Positions 1 to 8,630 of a DNA stretch of 64,000 nt are shown here, piece by piece (position 1 is the first letter of the stretch; each line of letters opens with the position of its first letter). The notes beneath the pieces were generated by a model. The model was given only the letters and a program-made list of their open reading frames with translations, ran no database searches and had not been told where the DNA came from. The position numbers and the translations under genes were made by a program. The stretch comes from a virus. Taxonomy: Duplodnaviria > Heunggongvirae > Uroviricota > Caudoviricetes. Where the stretch lies: positions 1 through 64,000 of IMG/VR virus record IMGVR_UViG_2778261689_000001; one strand, given 5' to 3'.

Positions 1-396
1 TAGCCCCACTGTTCGTCCATTTCCGCGCAGACGATGACGTCACTGCCCGGCTGTATGCGCGAGGTTACCGACTGCGGCCTGAGTTTTTTAAGTGACGTAA
101 AATCGTGTTGAGGCCAACGCCCATAATGCGGGCGGTTGCCCGGCATCCAACGCCATTCATGGCCATATCAATGATTTTCTGGTGCGTACCGGGTTGAGAA
201 GCGGTGTAAGTGAACTGCAGTTGCCATGTTTTACGGCAGTGAGAGCAGAGATAGCGCTGATGTCCGGCAGTGCTTTTGCCGTTACGCACCACCCCGTCAG
301 TAGCTGAACAGGAGGGACAGCTGATAGAAACAGAAGCCACTGGAGCACCTCAAAAACACCATCATACACTAAATCAGTAAGTTGGCAGCATCACCC
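1..396 (-). mobile_element. IS1: IS1 insertion sequence, partial (runs off window start)
   Basis: Canonical InsA frame at 65-340; IS1 terminal inverted repeat (rc of GGTGATGCTGCCAACTTACTGAT) at 374-396; insB portion is cut by the window edge. Confidence 0.95.
65..340 (-). CDS. insA: IS1 InsA transposition regulator (91 aa)
   Basis: Protein [23 protein letters not shown]...LKNSGRSR matches the IS1 InsA sequence as I recall it. Confidence 0.95.
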
Positions 397-441
397 GATG
401 CAGCTTTCGTCAATCATGACAGTTATGAGTTTTCCGGTTAC

Positions 442-765
442 TTATCCATTTTTGCCAGCGTGTTCCGCAACATCTGTTTTACTGTTTACACAGCACTCTT
501 CACGTAAGAATTCGATGATAGCTTCCAGTATTTCGTATTGAGAGACACACATGAGCGTTCGACTCTCCCGGTTTTGTGTGACGAGCCCTACTGATACCAG
601 GGCTGAAATATGATGACTTAACGTTGATGAGGGAATGCCAAGCTGCTTTTGCAATTCACCTACAGGCAAACCTTGTTCTCCAGCTTTTACAAGATGTTTG
701 AATATGAACAAACGGGTCGGGTGACCCAGCTCTTTTAGTGCTTTAGCTACTTCTTCCAGTTGCAT
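442..765 (-). CDS. ArsR/SmtB-family HTH transcriptional regulator
   Basis: 107 aa with winged-helix segment LQKQLGIPSSTLSHHISALVSVGLV and a C-terminal Cys pair (EECCV); divergent from the adjacent permease gene. Confidence 0.7.
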   Translation of the reverse strand: MQLEEVAKALKELGHPTRLFIFKHLVKAGEQGLPVGELQKQLGIPSSTLSHHISALVSVGLVTQNRESRTLMCVSQYEILEAIIEFLREECCVNSKTDVAEHAGKNG

Positions 766-870
766 GTGACAACCCTCTGTCTAATGATATTTCGATAATA
801 CCAGAAATATCTTGACCAGAATTATATTTCGATTATTCTAGAAACGTAGATTTTGTCAAGAGGGTTTAGT
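766..870. promoter_or_regulatory. Divergent promoter/operator region between the ArsR-like and permease genes
   Basis: AT-rich intergenic region containing two copies of ATATTTCGAT(A/T)AT (about 787-800 and 825-838), plausible ArsR-family operator half-sites. Confidence 0.35.
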
Positions 871-2004
871 ATGAATAGTTGGATTTCTATGCTGCAAGAT
901 GCCGCAGAGATGTTTTTGTTTTTGGCCGTCGAGCTATCTTTGCTGTTTATTGTCATCAGTGCCGGTGTGAGCCTGATAAGGCAAAAGGTCCCGGACCATA
1001 AAATCCAGCAATTGATGGGGGCGAAAAAAGGAAAAGGCTACCTGCTGGCCTCGTTGTTGGGAGCCGTTACCCCTTTCTGTAGTTGCTCAACAATTCCAAT
1101 GCTACGAGGGTTGTTGTCGGCGAAAGCAGGGTTTGGTCCGACACTCACTTTTTTGTTTGTTTCACCGTTGCTTAATCCCATTATCGTGGGGTTAATGTGG
1201 GTTACCTTTGGCTGGAAAGTAACTTTGTTGTACGCGATCATCGCTGCCGGTGTCTCAGTCCTTGCCAGTATCGTATTGGATTTACTAGGATTTGAACGTC
1301 ATATTGTTGATCACAAAAACTCAGCATCAAGTGGTTGCACCACGAAATGCGATGATTCCGAAGCTTCGGTAAAAACGTCGGCGGGTTCCAGTTGTTGCAG
1401 CACTAGCTCGACTCAATTGCCTTTAAAAACGAGTTGCTGTACTTCATCAGCGAACCCCATAATTAACTTAAGGACGGTAAAGAACGAGCAGAACGTATCA
1501 GCGTGTTGTTCATCAATATCATCTGAACAACCAGCTGTTAGCTGTTGCAGCAGCGAGAATCTGGGCAATGTGAATCTCACAACGAATACCACCTCTGGCC
1601 CAATAAAGTTAGCTATGAAAGATGCCTTACAGCAGTTTAAGGATGTTCTGCCTTATCTTTTGTTAAGTGTATTAATAGGTTCATTTATTTATGGCTTTAT
1701 CCCTTCAGAGTGGATTGCAGCTCATGCCGGAGCAGATAATCCCTTAGCCATACCGCTGAGTGCAGTTGTTGGTATTCCGTTGTATATCCGCGCAGAGGCA
1801 GTGATACCACTTGCATCAGTGCTGATGACTAAAGGAATGGGCCTGGGGGCATTAATGGCCTTGATAATCGGTAGTGCTGGAGCGAGTTTGACAGAAGTAA
1901 TACTGCTTAAATCAATGTTCAGAATGCCTATGATAGTCGCTTTTCTGACAGTAATCCTGGGTATGGCCATACTTATGGGGTATCTGACCCAATTGCTTTT
2001 TTAA
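871..2004 (+). CDS. Cys-rich polytopic membrane permease (DUF318/ArsP-like)
   Basis: Multiple hydrophobic helices, TPFCSCS motif in an early helix, long Cys/Ser-rich central loop (SCCSTSS, SCCTSS, ACCSS, SCCSS); ATG at 871 preceded by AGAGGG; track ORF starts at 853 on TTG. Confidence 0.6.
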   Translation: MNSWISMLQDAAEMFLFLAVELSLLFIVISAGVSLIRQKVPDHKIQQLMGAKKGKGYLLASLLGAVTPFCSCSTIPMLRGLLSAKAGFGPTLTFLFVSPLLNPIIVGLMWVTFGWKVTLLYAIIAAGVSVLASIVLDLLGFERHIVDHKNSASSGCTTKCDDSEASVKTSAGSSCCSTSSTQLPLKTSCCTSSANPIINLRTVKNEQNVSACCSSISSEQPAVSCCSSENLGNVNLTTNTTSGPIKLAMKDALQQFKDVLPYLLLSVLIGSFIYGFIPSEWIAAHAGADNPLAIPLSAVVGIPLYIRAEAVIPLASVLMTKGMGLGALMALIIGSAGASLTEVILLKSMFRMPMIVAFLTVILGMAILMGYLTQLLF

Positions 2005-2131
2005 TAATAATAGTAAGGGTCTTCTGGTTTCATGTTGAACAAAGAAGACCCTTTAGCTTCTGTAATCCATTTAATCAGTCTGAATGAAATAGATTATAAA
2101 TTCTGCTCTGCATACCTGCTTAACCAAAGTC

Positions 2132-2445
2132 TCATGATTCTGATTGTCGGTACAGTGCCTGAATGTGGCATATCTGGGAGGTGCTGTACCCTGTTGCATC
2201 TGCCGTTTCTTTCTTGACCTGCCGGTAGTAAAGTACCTTTTGATGCCGTTCCTGAGCGACCTGTTTTCCCTGATATTTACCCAGCGTATGTGCGAGTTCA
2301 ACTCCCTGCTTTTGGCGCTGGCGGTCAATTTGCTCGACCAGCAAAATATCATTGCGGTGACTGTCCATCAGTAAGCGACCCAGTTCCGGTCGGTCAAGTT
2401 TTGTACCGCTGATATTCTCCCGGTAGTAACTGGCTATTTTATGCC
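2132..2445 (-). pseudogene. tnpR: Serine recombinase (Tn3-family resolvase) remnant, N-terminally truncated with in-frame stops and a frameshift
   Basis: Minus-strand translation gives ...ERGHKIASYYRENISGTKLDRPELGRLLMDSHRNDILLVEQIDR..., matching the resolvase catalytic-domain pattern (SG...RP.L..LL...D.L.V...DR); TAG codons interrupt the frame upstream and the reading frame shifts after IDR. Confidence 0.5.
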
Positions 2446-2703
2446 CCCGCTCCTAAACAAACTGCTCCAGCATCTCTTTTGCCCGATCGGTGAACTGATC
2501 TTCCGTCTATGCCCTTAAATAAGTGCTGATGAACATTTTTTCACCGCATTACCGCATTTAGGTTATTGCATTTAATCTATCGCATATAGGCTATGTCGTT
2601 CATTGTGTGCCGTCACGTTTAGATTATGGTGTCAGGGTATACCCTTATGCGATAACCATTTTTGTTAAAAATAACGCATCGAATAATTTATGAGGAAAAC
2701 TAT

Positions 2704-5691
2704 ATGGCAAGGAGGCAGATTCTTTCTCTGTCGGAAAGAGAATCATTACTGGCATTACCGGACGATGAGTTAACGCTGACCCGAATGGCCTATTTCAGTG
2801 AGCATGATCTGGCGCTTATCAGTGCTCACCGTAAACCCGCCAGCCGTTTTGGTTTTGCCGTCCTTCTTTGCTATCTGAAAAATGTCGGCTTTGCCCCGGA
2901 TAAAAAAATCTCTCCCTCTGATGCGCTGCTGAAGCATATCGCCAGCAGGCTAAAGCTTACCGGGGATCTCTGGCCTGCTTACCTTTCCGGCCGGGATACG
3001 ACCCGGCGTGAGCATTTAACCGAACTGTACCGCTATCTTGGCGTAAAGGCGTTCACCGGCAAAATACAGCAGGACTGTATTACGCACCTGTTATCGATGG
3101 CGACGCGCACCGATAAAGGCATTCTCCTAGCCGAAGAGTTACTTGTCTATCTCCGGCAGAACAACGTGATAATCCCCGCGATTGATGTCGTGGAGCGTAC
3201 CTGTGCTGAAGTCATGGCAGGCGGCGATAAAATCGTATTTCAGACCCTGAATGCCCCGTTAACTCCGGCTCACAGGGATGCCCTGGATCATTTACTTGAG
3301 TCATCAGATAATCAGCCTTCCAGGCTGACATGGCTTCTGCAACCGCCGGGTAAAATCAATGGTAAGAACGTGCTGCAACATCTTGATCGGCTCAGCAGCA
3401 TTGAATCGCTGGCATTACCTGAAGGTATAGATCGTACCATTCACCAGAACCGGTTGCTGAAACTGGCGCGGGAAGGCCGAAAGATGAGTAGCCGGGATTT
3501 GACCCGATTTTCAGCTGCCCGGCGTCATGCGATCCTGGTGTGCGTGCTGGAAGAAGCCAGAGCCACACTGACAGACGAAGTGATTGAGCTGCATGAGCGA
3601 ATGCTGAATAGTCTTTTCAGCAAAGCCAAACGAACACAGGCTGAGCGCCTTCAGCAGACCGGAAAGCTGATCCAGTCAAAACTGAGGCAGTACATCGATG
3701 TCGGTCAGGCGCTGTCTGATGCCCGTGATTCCGGTGGCGATCCCTGGCTCGCAATAGAAAACATACTCCCATGGGCTGAATTTGTCGCCAGTCTGGATGA
3801 AACACGCCATCTCGCCAGAAAAAATAATTTTGACCCGCTGCATATTATTACCGAGAAATACAGCACATTACGGAAATATGCCCCACGCATGTTGTCCGCT
3901 TTACAGTTAGTCGCAACCCCGGCAGCGCAACCTCTGGCTGATGCACTGGTTGTGATCAAGGATATGTACCGGAAGCAGTCACGTAAAGTTCCGGCGGCAG
4001 CGCCGCTTGAGTTTGTCCCTGAAAGCTGGCGCAAGGTGGTGATTACACCTGTGGGTATTGACCGGCAGTACTATGAGTTTTGTGCACTCAGCGAGCTTAA
4101 GGGGGCGTTGCGCTCCGGGGATATCTGGGTTAAAGGCTCGCGCCGCTACAAAAATTTTGATGATTACCTCATACCCGAGAAGGACTTTGACAAACTCACA
4201 CCGGCACTGCCACTGCCCGTATCTGCTGATTATCATGAGTACATTACCAGCCGTATGACCCTGCTTCAGTCCAGACTTGAAGAGGTCAATGCCATGGCTG
4301 CCCTTGGTGAACTGCCCGATGTGGAAATATCCGACAGGGGCGTAAAAGTCTCTCCGCTGGATAACTGCGTTCCGGCGCAGGTTTCACCGCTGGCAGAGCT
4401 GGTTTACAGCATGCTACCGCGACCTAAAATCACGGAAATTCTCGATGAGGTAAACAGCTGGACGACGTTTACCCGACATTTTTCGCATATAAAAAATGAC
4501 ATTACCCGTCCCGATACCCGCTTGCTCCTCACCACCATTCTTGCGGATGGCATCAATCTTGGCCTGACCAAAATGGCAGAAGCCTGCCCCGGGAGCACCA
4601 AATCATCACTCGAAGATATTCAGGCATGGTACATCCGTGACGAAACCTATTCAGCCGCTCTTGCAGAGCTGGTAAATGCGCAGGGGAAAAGACCGTTGGC
4701 GGCATTTTGGGGAGACGGAACAACGTCATCATCAGATGGACAAAATTTCAGAACCGGCAGCTCAGGCCGCTACGCAGGGCAGGTTAACCCGAAATATGGG
4801 CAAGAGCCTGGACGTCAGTTTTATACCCATATTTCGGATCAATACAGCCCGTTTTACACCTGCATAATCAGTCGGGTCAGGGATTCAACCCATGTTCTCG
4901 ATGGCTTGCTGTACCACGAAAGCGACCTGGAAATCAGGGAACATTACACCGATACCGCTGGTTTCACCGATCATGTCTTTGCCCTGATGCATCTGTTGGG
5001 ATTTGCGTTCTGTCCGCGAATCAGGGATCTCCACGACAAAAAACTGTTTATCAAAGGGAAAGCAGAGAAATACCCGGCGCTTCAGTCACTGATATCAACG
5101 ACCAGCCTGAATCTGAAAGAGATCGAAATCCACTGGCGTGAAGTGCTGCGTCTGGCAACCTCGATAAAGCAGGGAACCGTGACGGCATCCCTGATGCTGA
5201 AAAAGCTTGCCAGCTATCCCAAGCAAAACGGACTTGCCAAAGCACTGAGAGAAATTGGCCGCATTGAGCGAACCCTGTTTATGCTCGACTGGTTCCGCGA
5301 CCCGGCTCTGCGTCGGCGGGTACAGGCGGGGCTGAATAAAGGCGAAGCCCGTAACGCGCTGGCGCGTGCGGTATTTATGCACCGACTGGGAGAAATCAGG
5401 GACAGAAAACCGGAAAATCAGAGCTATCGCGCCAGTGGACTGACGCTGCTGACGGCTGCCATATCCCTGTGGAATACCGTCTATATGGAAAGAGCGGTCG
5501 ATGCCCTGAAGCGTAAAGGGGTGAAGATCAACGAGCAACTGCTGTCGCATTTGTCGCCGTTGGGCTGGGAACACATCAATCTGACAGGTGATTATATCTG
5601 GAAAAGCAACCGGATACCGGCTTCTGGTAAGTTTCGTCGGCTAAGACCAGCTAAAGTCGAAAGGTCAAAAAACAGCCTTAACGTACAATAA
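2704..5691 (+). CDS. tnpA: Tn3-family DDE transposase TnpA (995 aa)
   Basis: Size and N-terminal motif (LSERESLLALPDDELTLTRMAYFSEHDLALISAHRKPASRFGFAVLL) typical of Tn3-family TnpA; ATG at 2704 preceded by GAGGA; stop lies inside the terminal inverted repeat. Confidence 0.9.
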   Translation: MARRQILSLSERESLLALPDDELTLTRMAYFSEHDLALISAHRKPASRFGFAVLLCYLKNVGFAPDKKISPSDALLKHIASRLKLTGDLWPAYLSGRDTTRREHLTELYRYLGVKAFTGKIQQDCITHLLSMATRTDKGILLAEELLVYLRQNNVIIPAIDVVERTCAEVMAGGDKIVFQTLNAPLTPAHRDALDHLLESSDNQPSRLTWLLQPPGKINGKNVLQHLDRLSSIESLALPEGIDRTIHQNRLLKLAREGRKMSSRDLTRFSAARRHAILVCVLEEARATLTDEVIELHERMLNSLFSKAKRTQAERLQQTGKLIQSKLRQYIDVGQALSDARDSGGDPWLAIENILPWAEFVASLDETRHLARKNNFDPLHIITEKYSTLRKYAPRMLSALQLVATPAAQPLADALVVIKDMYRKQSRKVPAAAPLEFVPESWRKVVITPVGIDRQYYEFCALSELKGALRSGDIWVKGSRRYKNFDDYLIPEKDFDKLTPALPLPVSADYHEYITSRMTLLQSRLEEVNAMAALGELPDVEISDRGVKVSPLDNCVPAQVSPLAELVYSMLPRPKITEILDEVNSWTTFTRHFSHIKNDITRPDTRLLLTTILADGINLGLTKMAEACPGSTKSSLEDIQAWYIRDETYSAALAELVNAQGKRPLAAFWGDGTTSSSDGQNFRTGSSGRYAGQVNPKYGQEPGRQFYTHISDQYSPFYTCIISRVRDSTHVLDGLLYHESDLEIREHYTDTAGFTDHVFALMHLLGFAFCPRIRDLHDKKLFIKGKAEKYPALQSLISTTSLNLKEIEIHWREVLRLATSIKQGTVTASLMLKKLASYPKQNGLAKALREIGRIERTLFMLDWFRDPALRRRVQAGLNKGEARNALARAVFMHRLGEIRDRKPENQSYRASGLTLLTAAISLWNTVYMERAVDALKRKGVKINEQLLSHLSPLGWEHINLTGDYIWKSNRIPASGKFRRLRPAKVERSKNSLNVQ

Positions 5692-5714
5692 TTTTCGATA
5701 TCCAAACTGACCCC
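5677..5714. repeat. 38-bp terminal inverted repeat of the Tn3-family element (tnpA-proximal end; outer end at 5714)
   Basis: CTTAACGTACAATAATTTTCGATATCCAAACTGACCCC compared with the recalled Tn3 IR CTTAACGTGAGTTTTCGTTCCACTGAGCGTCAGACCCC: same length, shared CTTAACGT start and GACCCC end. Confidence 0.75.
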
Positions 5715-5837
5715 TGATATTGCGATTCTCGCCAGGCGGGGTCAGCCAACTTTTCCCGTTGCCGAGCGATCGCTCGTTCTCTGGCTGCCTTCTGCCACTC
5801 GCGGCGCTGTTCAAGTTTTTGTTCGATTGTTTTCATA
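5678..5837 (-). pseudogene. P1-backbone ORF whose 3' end was replaced by the transposon inverted repeat (identity unknown)
   Basis: Minus-strand frame MKTIEQKLEQRREWQKAARERAIARQREKLADPAWRESQ... runs into the Tn3-type IR at 5714, so its C-terminus is IR-encoded; a C1-operator-like site lies upstream at 5935-5951. Confidence 0.4.
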
Positions 5838-5841
5838 TGGC

Positions 5842-5867
5842 AAAAAAAAGGCGGCCTAATGGCCGCC
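5842..5867 (-). terminator. Rho-independent terminator hairpin
   Basis: GGCGGCC-TAAT-GGCCGCC stem-loop at 5851-5867 flanked by an A-run on the + strand (T-run on the minus strand). Confidence 0.5.
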
Positions 5868-5934
5868 AATGATGTCAAGGAGTGAAGTAATGGCAACGTC
5901 TTCGTAGTTGACAAAAACTGCGGCTAAATTATAG

Positions 5935-5951
5935 CAATCAATTAGAGCAAT
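5935..5951 (-). promoter_or_regulatory. C1 operator-like site (partial match)
   Basis: ATTAGAGCAAT core (rc of ATTGCTCTAAT) at 5941-5951. Confidence 0.45.
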
Positions 5952-6083
5952 GGCAGATATTTTGTTTATCGCGAATCACATTTTTTCACTTCAGTACCTG
6001 TGTGCTATACTCCTTCTTGATTGATTGGATGCGGAATACAAACCCGCTCTTTTGTGCAGCCTGGCTCCTTGCCAGGCTTTTTT

Positions 6084-6395
6084 TTATTTCATCATGGAAG
6101 CTGTTAACGCTTTGGACCTTGCTGAACTGATTGAAAGGGCATTGTTTACCTTACCCAGGAGTTCGCCAAATTCCCCCATCACTCTAGTAAGCCCGCGCCG
6201 CGCTTCCTCCTCCGTTGCATTCATCACAAAATGTTCAGCACTCCGCATGCTTTTAACGGGGAACGCAACAGATATCGAGTCGATATCAGGCATCCTATCG
6301 CTCAACTTTACGGTGACAATGACAGATGGTGACAGAATATTAGTGCTTACAGACAGCACTACATATTTTCCGTCGATGTTGAAATCCTTTCTCAT
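6084..6395 (-). CDS. Hypothetical protein, C1-operator-controlled, immediately downstream of cre
   Basis: 103-aa ORF; operator-like site directly upstream at 6412-6428. Confidence 0.4.
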   Translation of the reverse strand: MRKDFNIDGKYVVLSVSTNILSPSVIVTVKLSDRMPDIDSISVAFPVKSMRSAEHFVMNATEEEARRGLTRVMGEFGELLGKVNNALSISSARSKALTASMMK

Positions 6396-6411
6396 ATGCC
6401 ACCATAAATAT

Positions 6412-6428
6412 CAAAGAATTAGAGCAAT
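6412..6428 (-). promoter_or_regulatory. C1 operator-like site
   Basis: ATTAGAGCAAT core at 6418-6428. Confidence 0.45.
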
Positions 6429-6445
6429 CATTTACGCGTTAATGG

Positions 6446-7477
6446 CTAATCGCCATCTTCCAGCAGGCGCACCATTGCCCCTGTTTCACTATCCAGGTTA
6501 CGGATATAGTTCATGACAATATTTACATTGGTCCAGCCACCAGCTTGCATGATCTCCGGTATTGAAACTCCAGCGCGGGCCATATCTCGCGCGGCTCCGA
6601 CACGGGCACTGTGTCCAGACCAGGCCAGGTATCTCTGACCAGAGTCATCCTTAGCGCCGTAAATCAATCGATGAGTTGCTTCAAAAATCCCTTCCAGGGC
6701 GCGAGTTGATAGCTGGCTGGTGGCAGATGGCGCGGCAACACCATTTTTTCTGACCCGGCAAAACAGGTAGTTATTAGGATCATCAGCTACACCAGAGACA
6801 GAAATCCATCGCTCGACCAGTTTAGTTACCCCCAGGCTAAGTGCCTTCTCTACACCTGCGGCGCTAACCAGCGTTTTCGTTCTGCCAATATGGATTAACA
6901 TTCTCCCACCGTCAGTACGTGAGATATCTTTAACCCTGATCCTGGCAATTTCTGCTATACGTAGCAGGGTATTATAAGCAATCCCAAGAAATGCCAGATT
7001 ACGTATATCCTGGCAGCGATCGCTATTTTCCATGAGTGAACGAACCTGGTCGAAATCAGTGCGTTCGAACGCCAATGCCTGTTTTGCACGCTCACCGGCA
7101 TCAACGTTTTCTTTTCGGATCCGTCGCATGACCAGTGAAACAGCATTGCTGTCACTTGGTCGTGGCAGCCCGGACCGACGATGAAGCATATTTAGCTGGC
7201 CCAAATGTTGCTGGATAGTTTTTACTGCCAGACCGCGCGCCTGAAGATATAGAAGATAATCGCGAACATCTTCAGGTTCTGCGGGAAACCATTTCCGGTT
7301 ATTCAACTTGCACCATGCCGCCCACGACCGGCAAACGGACAGAAGCATTTTCCAGGTATGCTCAGAAAACGCCTGGCGATCCCTGAACATGTCCATCAGG
7401 TTCTTGCGAACCTCATCACTCGTTGCATCGACCGGTAATGCAGGCAAATTTTGGTGTACGGTCAGTAAATTGGACAT
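6446..7477 (-). CDS. cre: Cre site-specific tyrosine recombinase (343 aa)
   Basis: Protein MSNLLTVHQNLPALPVDATSDEVRKNLMDMFRDRQAFSEHTWKMLLSVCRSWAAWCKLNNRKWFPAEPEDVRDYLLYLQARGLAVKTIQQHLGQLNMLHRRSGLPRPSDSNAVSLVMRRIRKENVDAGERAKQALAFERTDFDQVRSLMENSDRCQDIRNLAFLGIAYNTLLRIAEIARIRVKDISRTDGGRMLIHIGRTKTLVSAAGVEKALSLGVTKLVERWISVSGVADDPNNYLFCRVRKNGVAAPSATSQLSTRALEGIFEATHRLIYGAKDDSGQRYLAWSGHSARVGAARDMARAGVSIPEIMQAGGWTNVNIVMNYIRNLDSETGAMVRLLEDGD is recognisably Cre (essentially identical to the sequence as I recall it); loxP lies 420 bp upstream. Confidence 0.97.
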   Translation of the reverse strand: MSNLLTVHQNLPALPVDATSDEVRKNLMDMFRDRQAFSEHTWKMLLSVCRSWAAWCKLNNRKWFPAEPEDVRDYLLYLQARGLAVKTIQQHLGQLNMLHRRSGLPRPSDSNAVSLVMRRIRKENVDAGERAKQALAFERTDFDQVRSLMENSDRCQDIRNLAFLGIAYNTLLRIAEIARIRVKDISRTDGGRMLIHIGRTKTLVSAAGVEKALSLGVTKLVERWISVSGVADDPNNYLFCRVRKNGVAAPSATSQLSTRALEGIFEATHRLIYGAKDDSGQRYLAWSGHSARVGAARDMARAGVSIPEIMQAGGWTNVNIVMNYIRNLDSETGAMVRLLEDGD

Positions 7478-7484
7478 TTAACAC

Positions 7485-7706
7485 TCAGATAATGGTTTTA
7501 AGTAAAGTGTACAGGATCGGCTCTGCCTTTACCTGTTTATGGTTCTCGTCATAGAAACGCCAGCGACCGCGCGTGCGTTCTATTTTCTCTTCACCGCGCG
7601 ATAATGACAGTTGACAACTATCACGATCAAACCCTTTTGCCCGCCAGTAACCACGGTTTTTCTCAAGCTCAAGATGAGTGGACACTTTAGCAGCTGAATA
7701 TCCCAT
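7485..7706 (-). CDS. cra: Small protein upstream of cre (Cra-like, 73 aa)
   Basis: Position directly upstream of cre and co-oriented, as for P1 cra; identity from position and size only. Confidence 0.45.
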   Translation of the reverse strand: MGYSAAKVSTHLELEKNRGYWRAKGFDRDSCQLSLSRGEEKIERTRGRWRFYDENHKQVKAEPILYTLLKTII

Positions 7707-7895
7707 TTTTCACCTCTGATTGATTGGTGGTGCTAAGTGCGCTACGCGAAATCTGGAGCACAAACACTGCCAACATTTCACAGATTTTACGTAGCGCAAC
7801 CTTGATCAAATGATCAAGTGATCACTATTTGACCTGATAAGGTATTGAACTGTATGGATTTACAGGTAAATTGATCATGTTCAATAACTCTTAAG

Positions 7896-7929
7896 ATAAC
7901 TTCGTATAATGTATGCTATACGAAGTTAT
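7896..7929. other. loxP: loxP recombination site (34 bp)
   Basis: Exact ATAACTTCGTATA-ATGTATGC-TATACGAAGTTAT. Confidence 0.98.
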
Positions 7930-7972
7930 CAGGTCCGAAGAGGAGTTTACGTCCAGCTGTGCACAAAAATCA

Positions 7973-7989
7973 ATAATTATTAGAGCAAT
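7973..7989 (-). promoter_or_regulatory. C1 operator (Op99-region)
   Basis: ATAATTATTAGAGCAAT, 15/17 to the rc of ATTGCTCTAATAAATTT. Confidence 0.6.
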
Positions 7990-8050
7990 AAATTTAGAGA
8001 GAAAAATCCCACTCCACCAGCTAAAAACTGGATTGTTTTTCATAGTTGTT

Positions 8051-8072
8051 TGACAATTGCTCTAATAAATTA
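8051..8072 (+). promoter_or_regulatory. C1 operator overlapping a sigma70-like promoter reading toward coi/c1
   Basis: TTGACA at 8051-8056 immediately followed by ATTGCTCTAATAAATTA (16/17 consensus) at 8056-8072. Confidence 0.65.
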
Positions 8073-8310
8073 TAGTTTTGCCGACGTTACGTAATACGAC
8101 TTTGGATTCACTATTTAATGTGTCTTCAGCGTTGTAGAGCGGCTCAGAAGGAAATGAGCAAACAGGGAAACCTTATACAACGGCATTACAGCTATGCATT
8201 GCTCATCTTACACACAGCGCAATGTTGTTAGATTACCCCAGCATGGATCATGGGTGAAACAGTAGGTCAGAGCTTCAGGCTCTGTGTTGTCAATACAGTG
8301 AGGCATAATT

Positions 8311-8520
8311 ATGGCTTTCATTCAACCAACCATCGACGACGTTAGACATTGCTCTAACGCTTTATCTGTAGACCCTGCCGAAACCGACGCTGCCCGCGCC
8401 ATTGCTGAACACTACTCAAAGATATCCAATCAGGAGTACCGCATCACCCAAGACGACCTGGATGACCTCACTGACACAATCGAATATCTCATGGCAACTA
8501 ACCAGTTGGACTCACAATAA
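8311..8520 (+). CDS. coi: Coi-like c1 inactivator (69 aa)
   Basis: 69-aa ORF immediately upstream of c1 with operators upstream, matching P1 coi in size and position. Confidence 0.65.
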   Translation: MAFIQPTIDDVRHCSNALSVDPAETDAARAIAEHYSKISNQEYRITQDDLDDLTDTIEYLMATNQLDSQ

Positions 8521-8521
8521 A

Positions 8522-8534
8522 TGCACTAATAAAT
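8522..8534 (+). promoter_or_regulatory. Variant operator-like motif TGCACTAATAAAT between coi and c1
   Basis: One of three occurrences of a TGCACTAAT(A/T)AAT motif (others near 31894 and 32801). Confidence 0.3.
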
Positions 8535-8630
8535 CTATTATTTTTGTTTGATCCCTCTATAATATAGGTCAGTAATGACCGGTTTTCTCAGCCGGGCGTT
8601 ATTGACCATGTCAATTCTGGAGGAGGATCA

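Noticed and set aside
1038-1970. Minus-strand ORFs 1038-1241 and 1722-1970
   Set aside because: Antisense to the permease gene, with no start signals
2662-5691. Antisense and nested ORFs inside tnpA (for example 3705-4034, 5095-5574)
   Set aside because: Embedded in the intact 995-aa transposase frame with no independent signals
6446-7477. Tyrosine recombinase as evidence of a chromosomally integrating prophage
   Set aside because: The protein is Cre with loxP adjacent, and the window also has repA/iterons/parAB, so the element is plasmid-maintained rather than integrative
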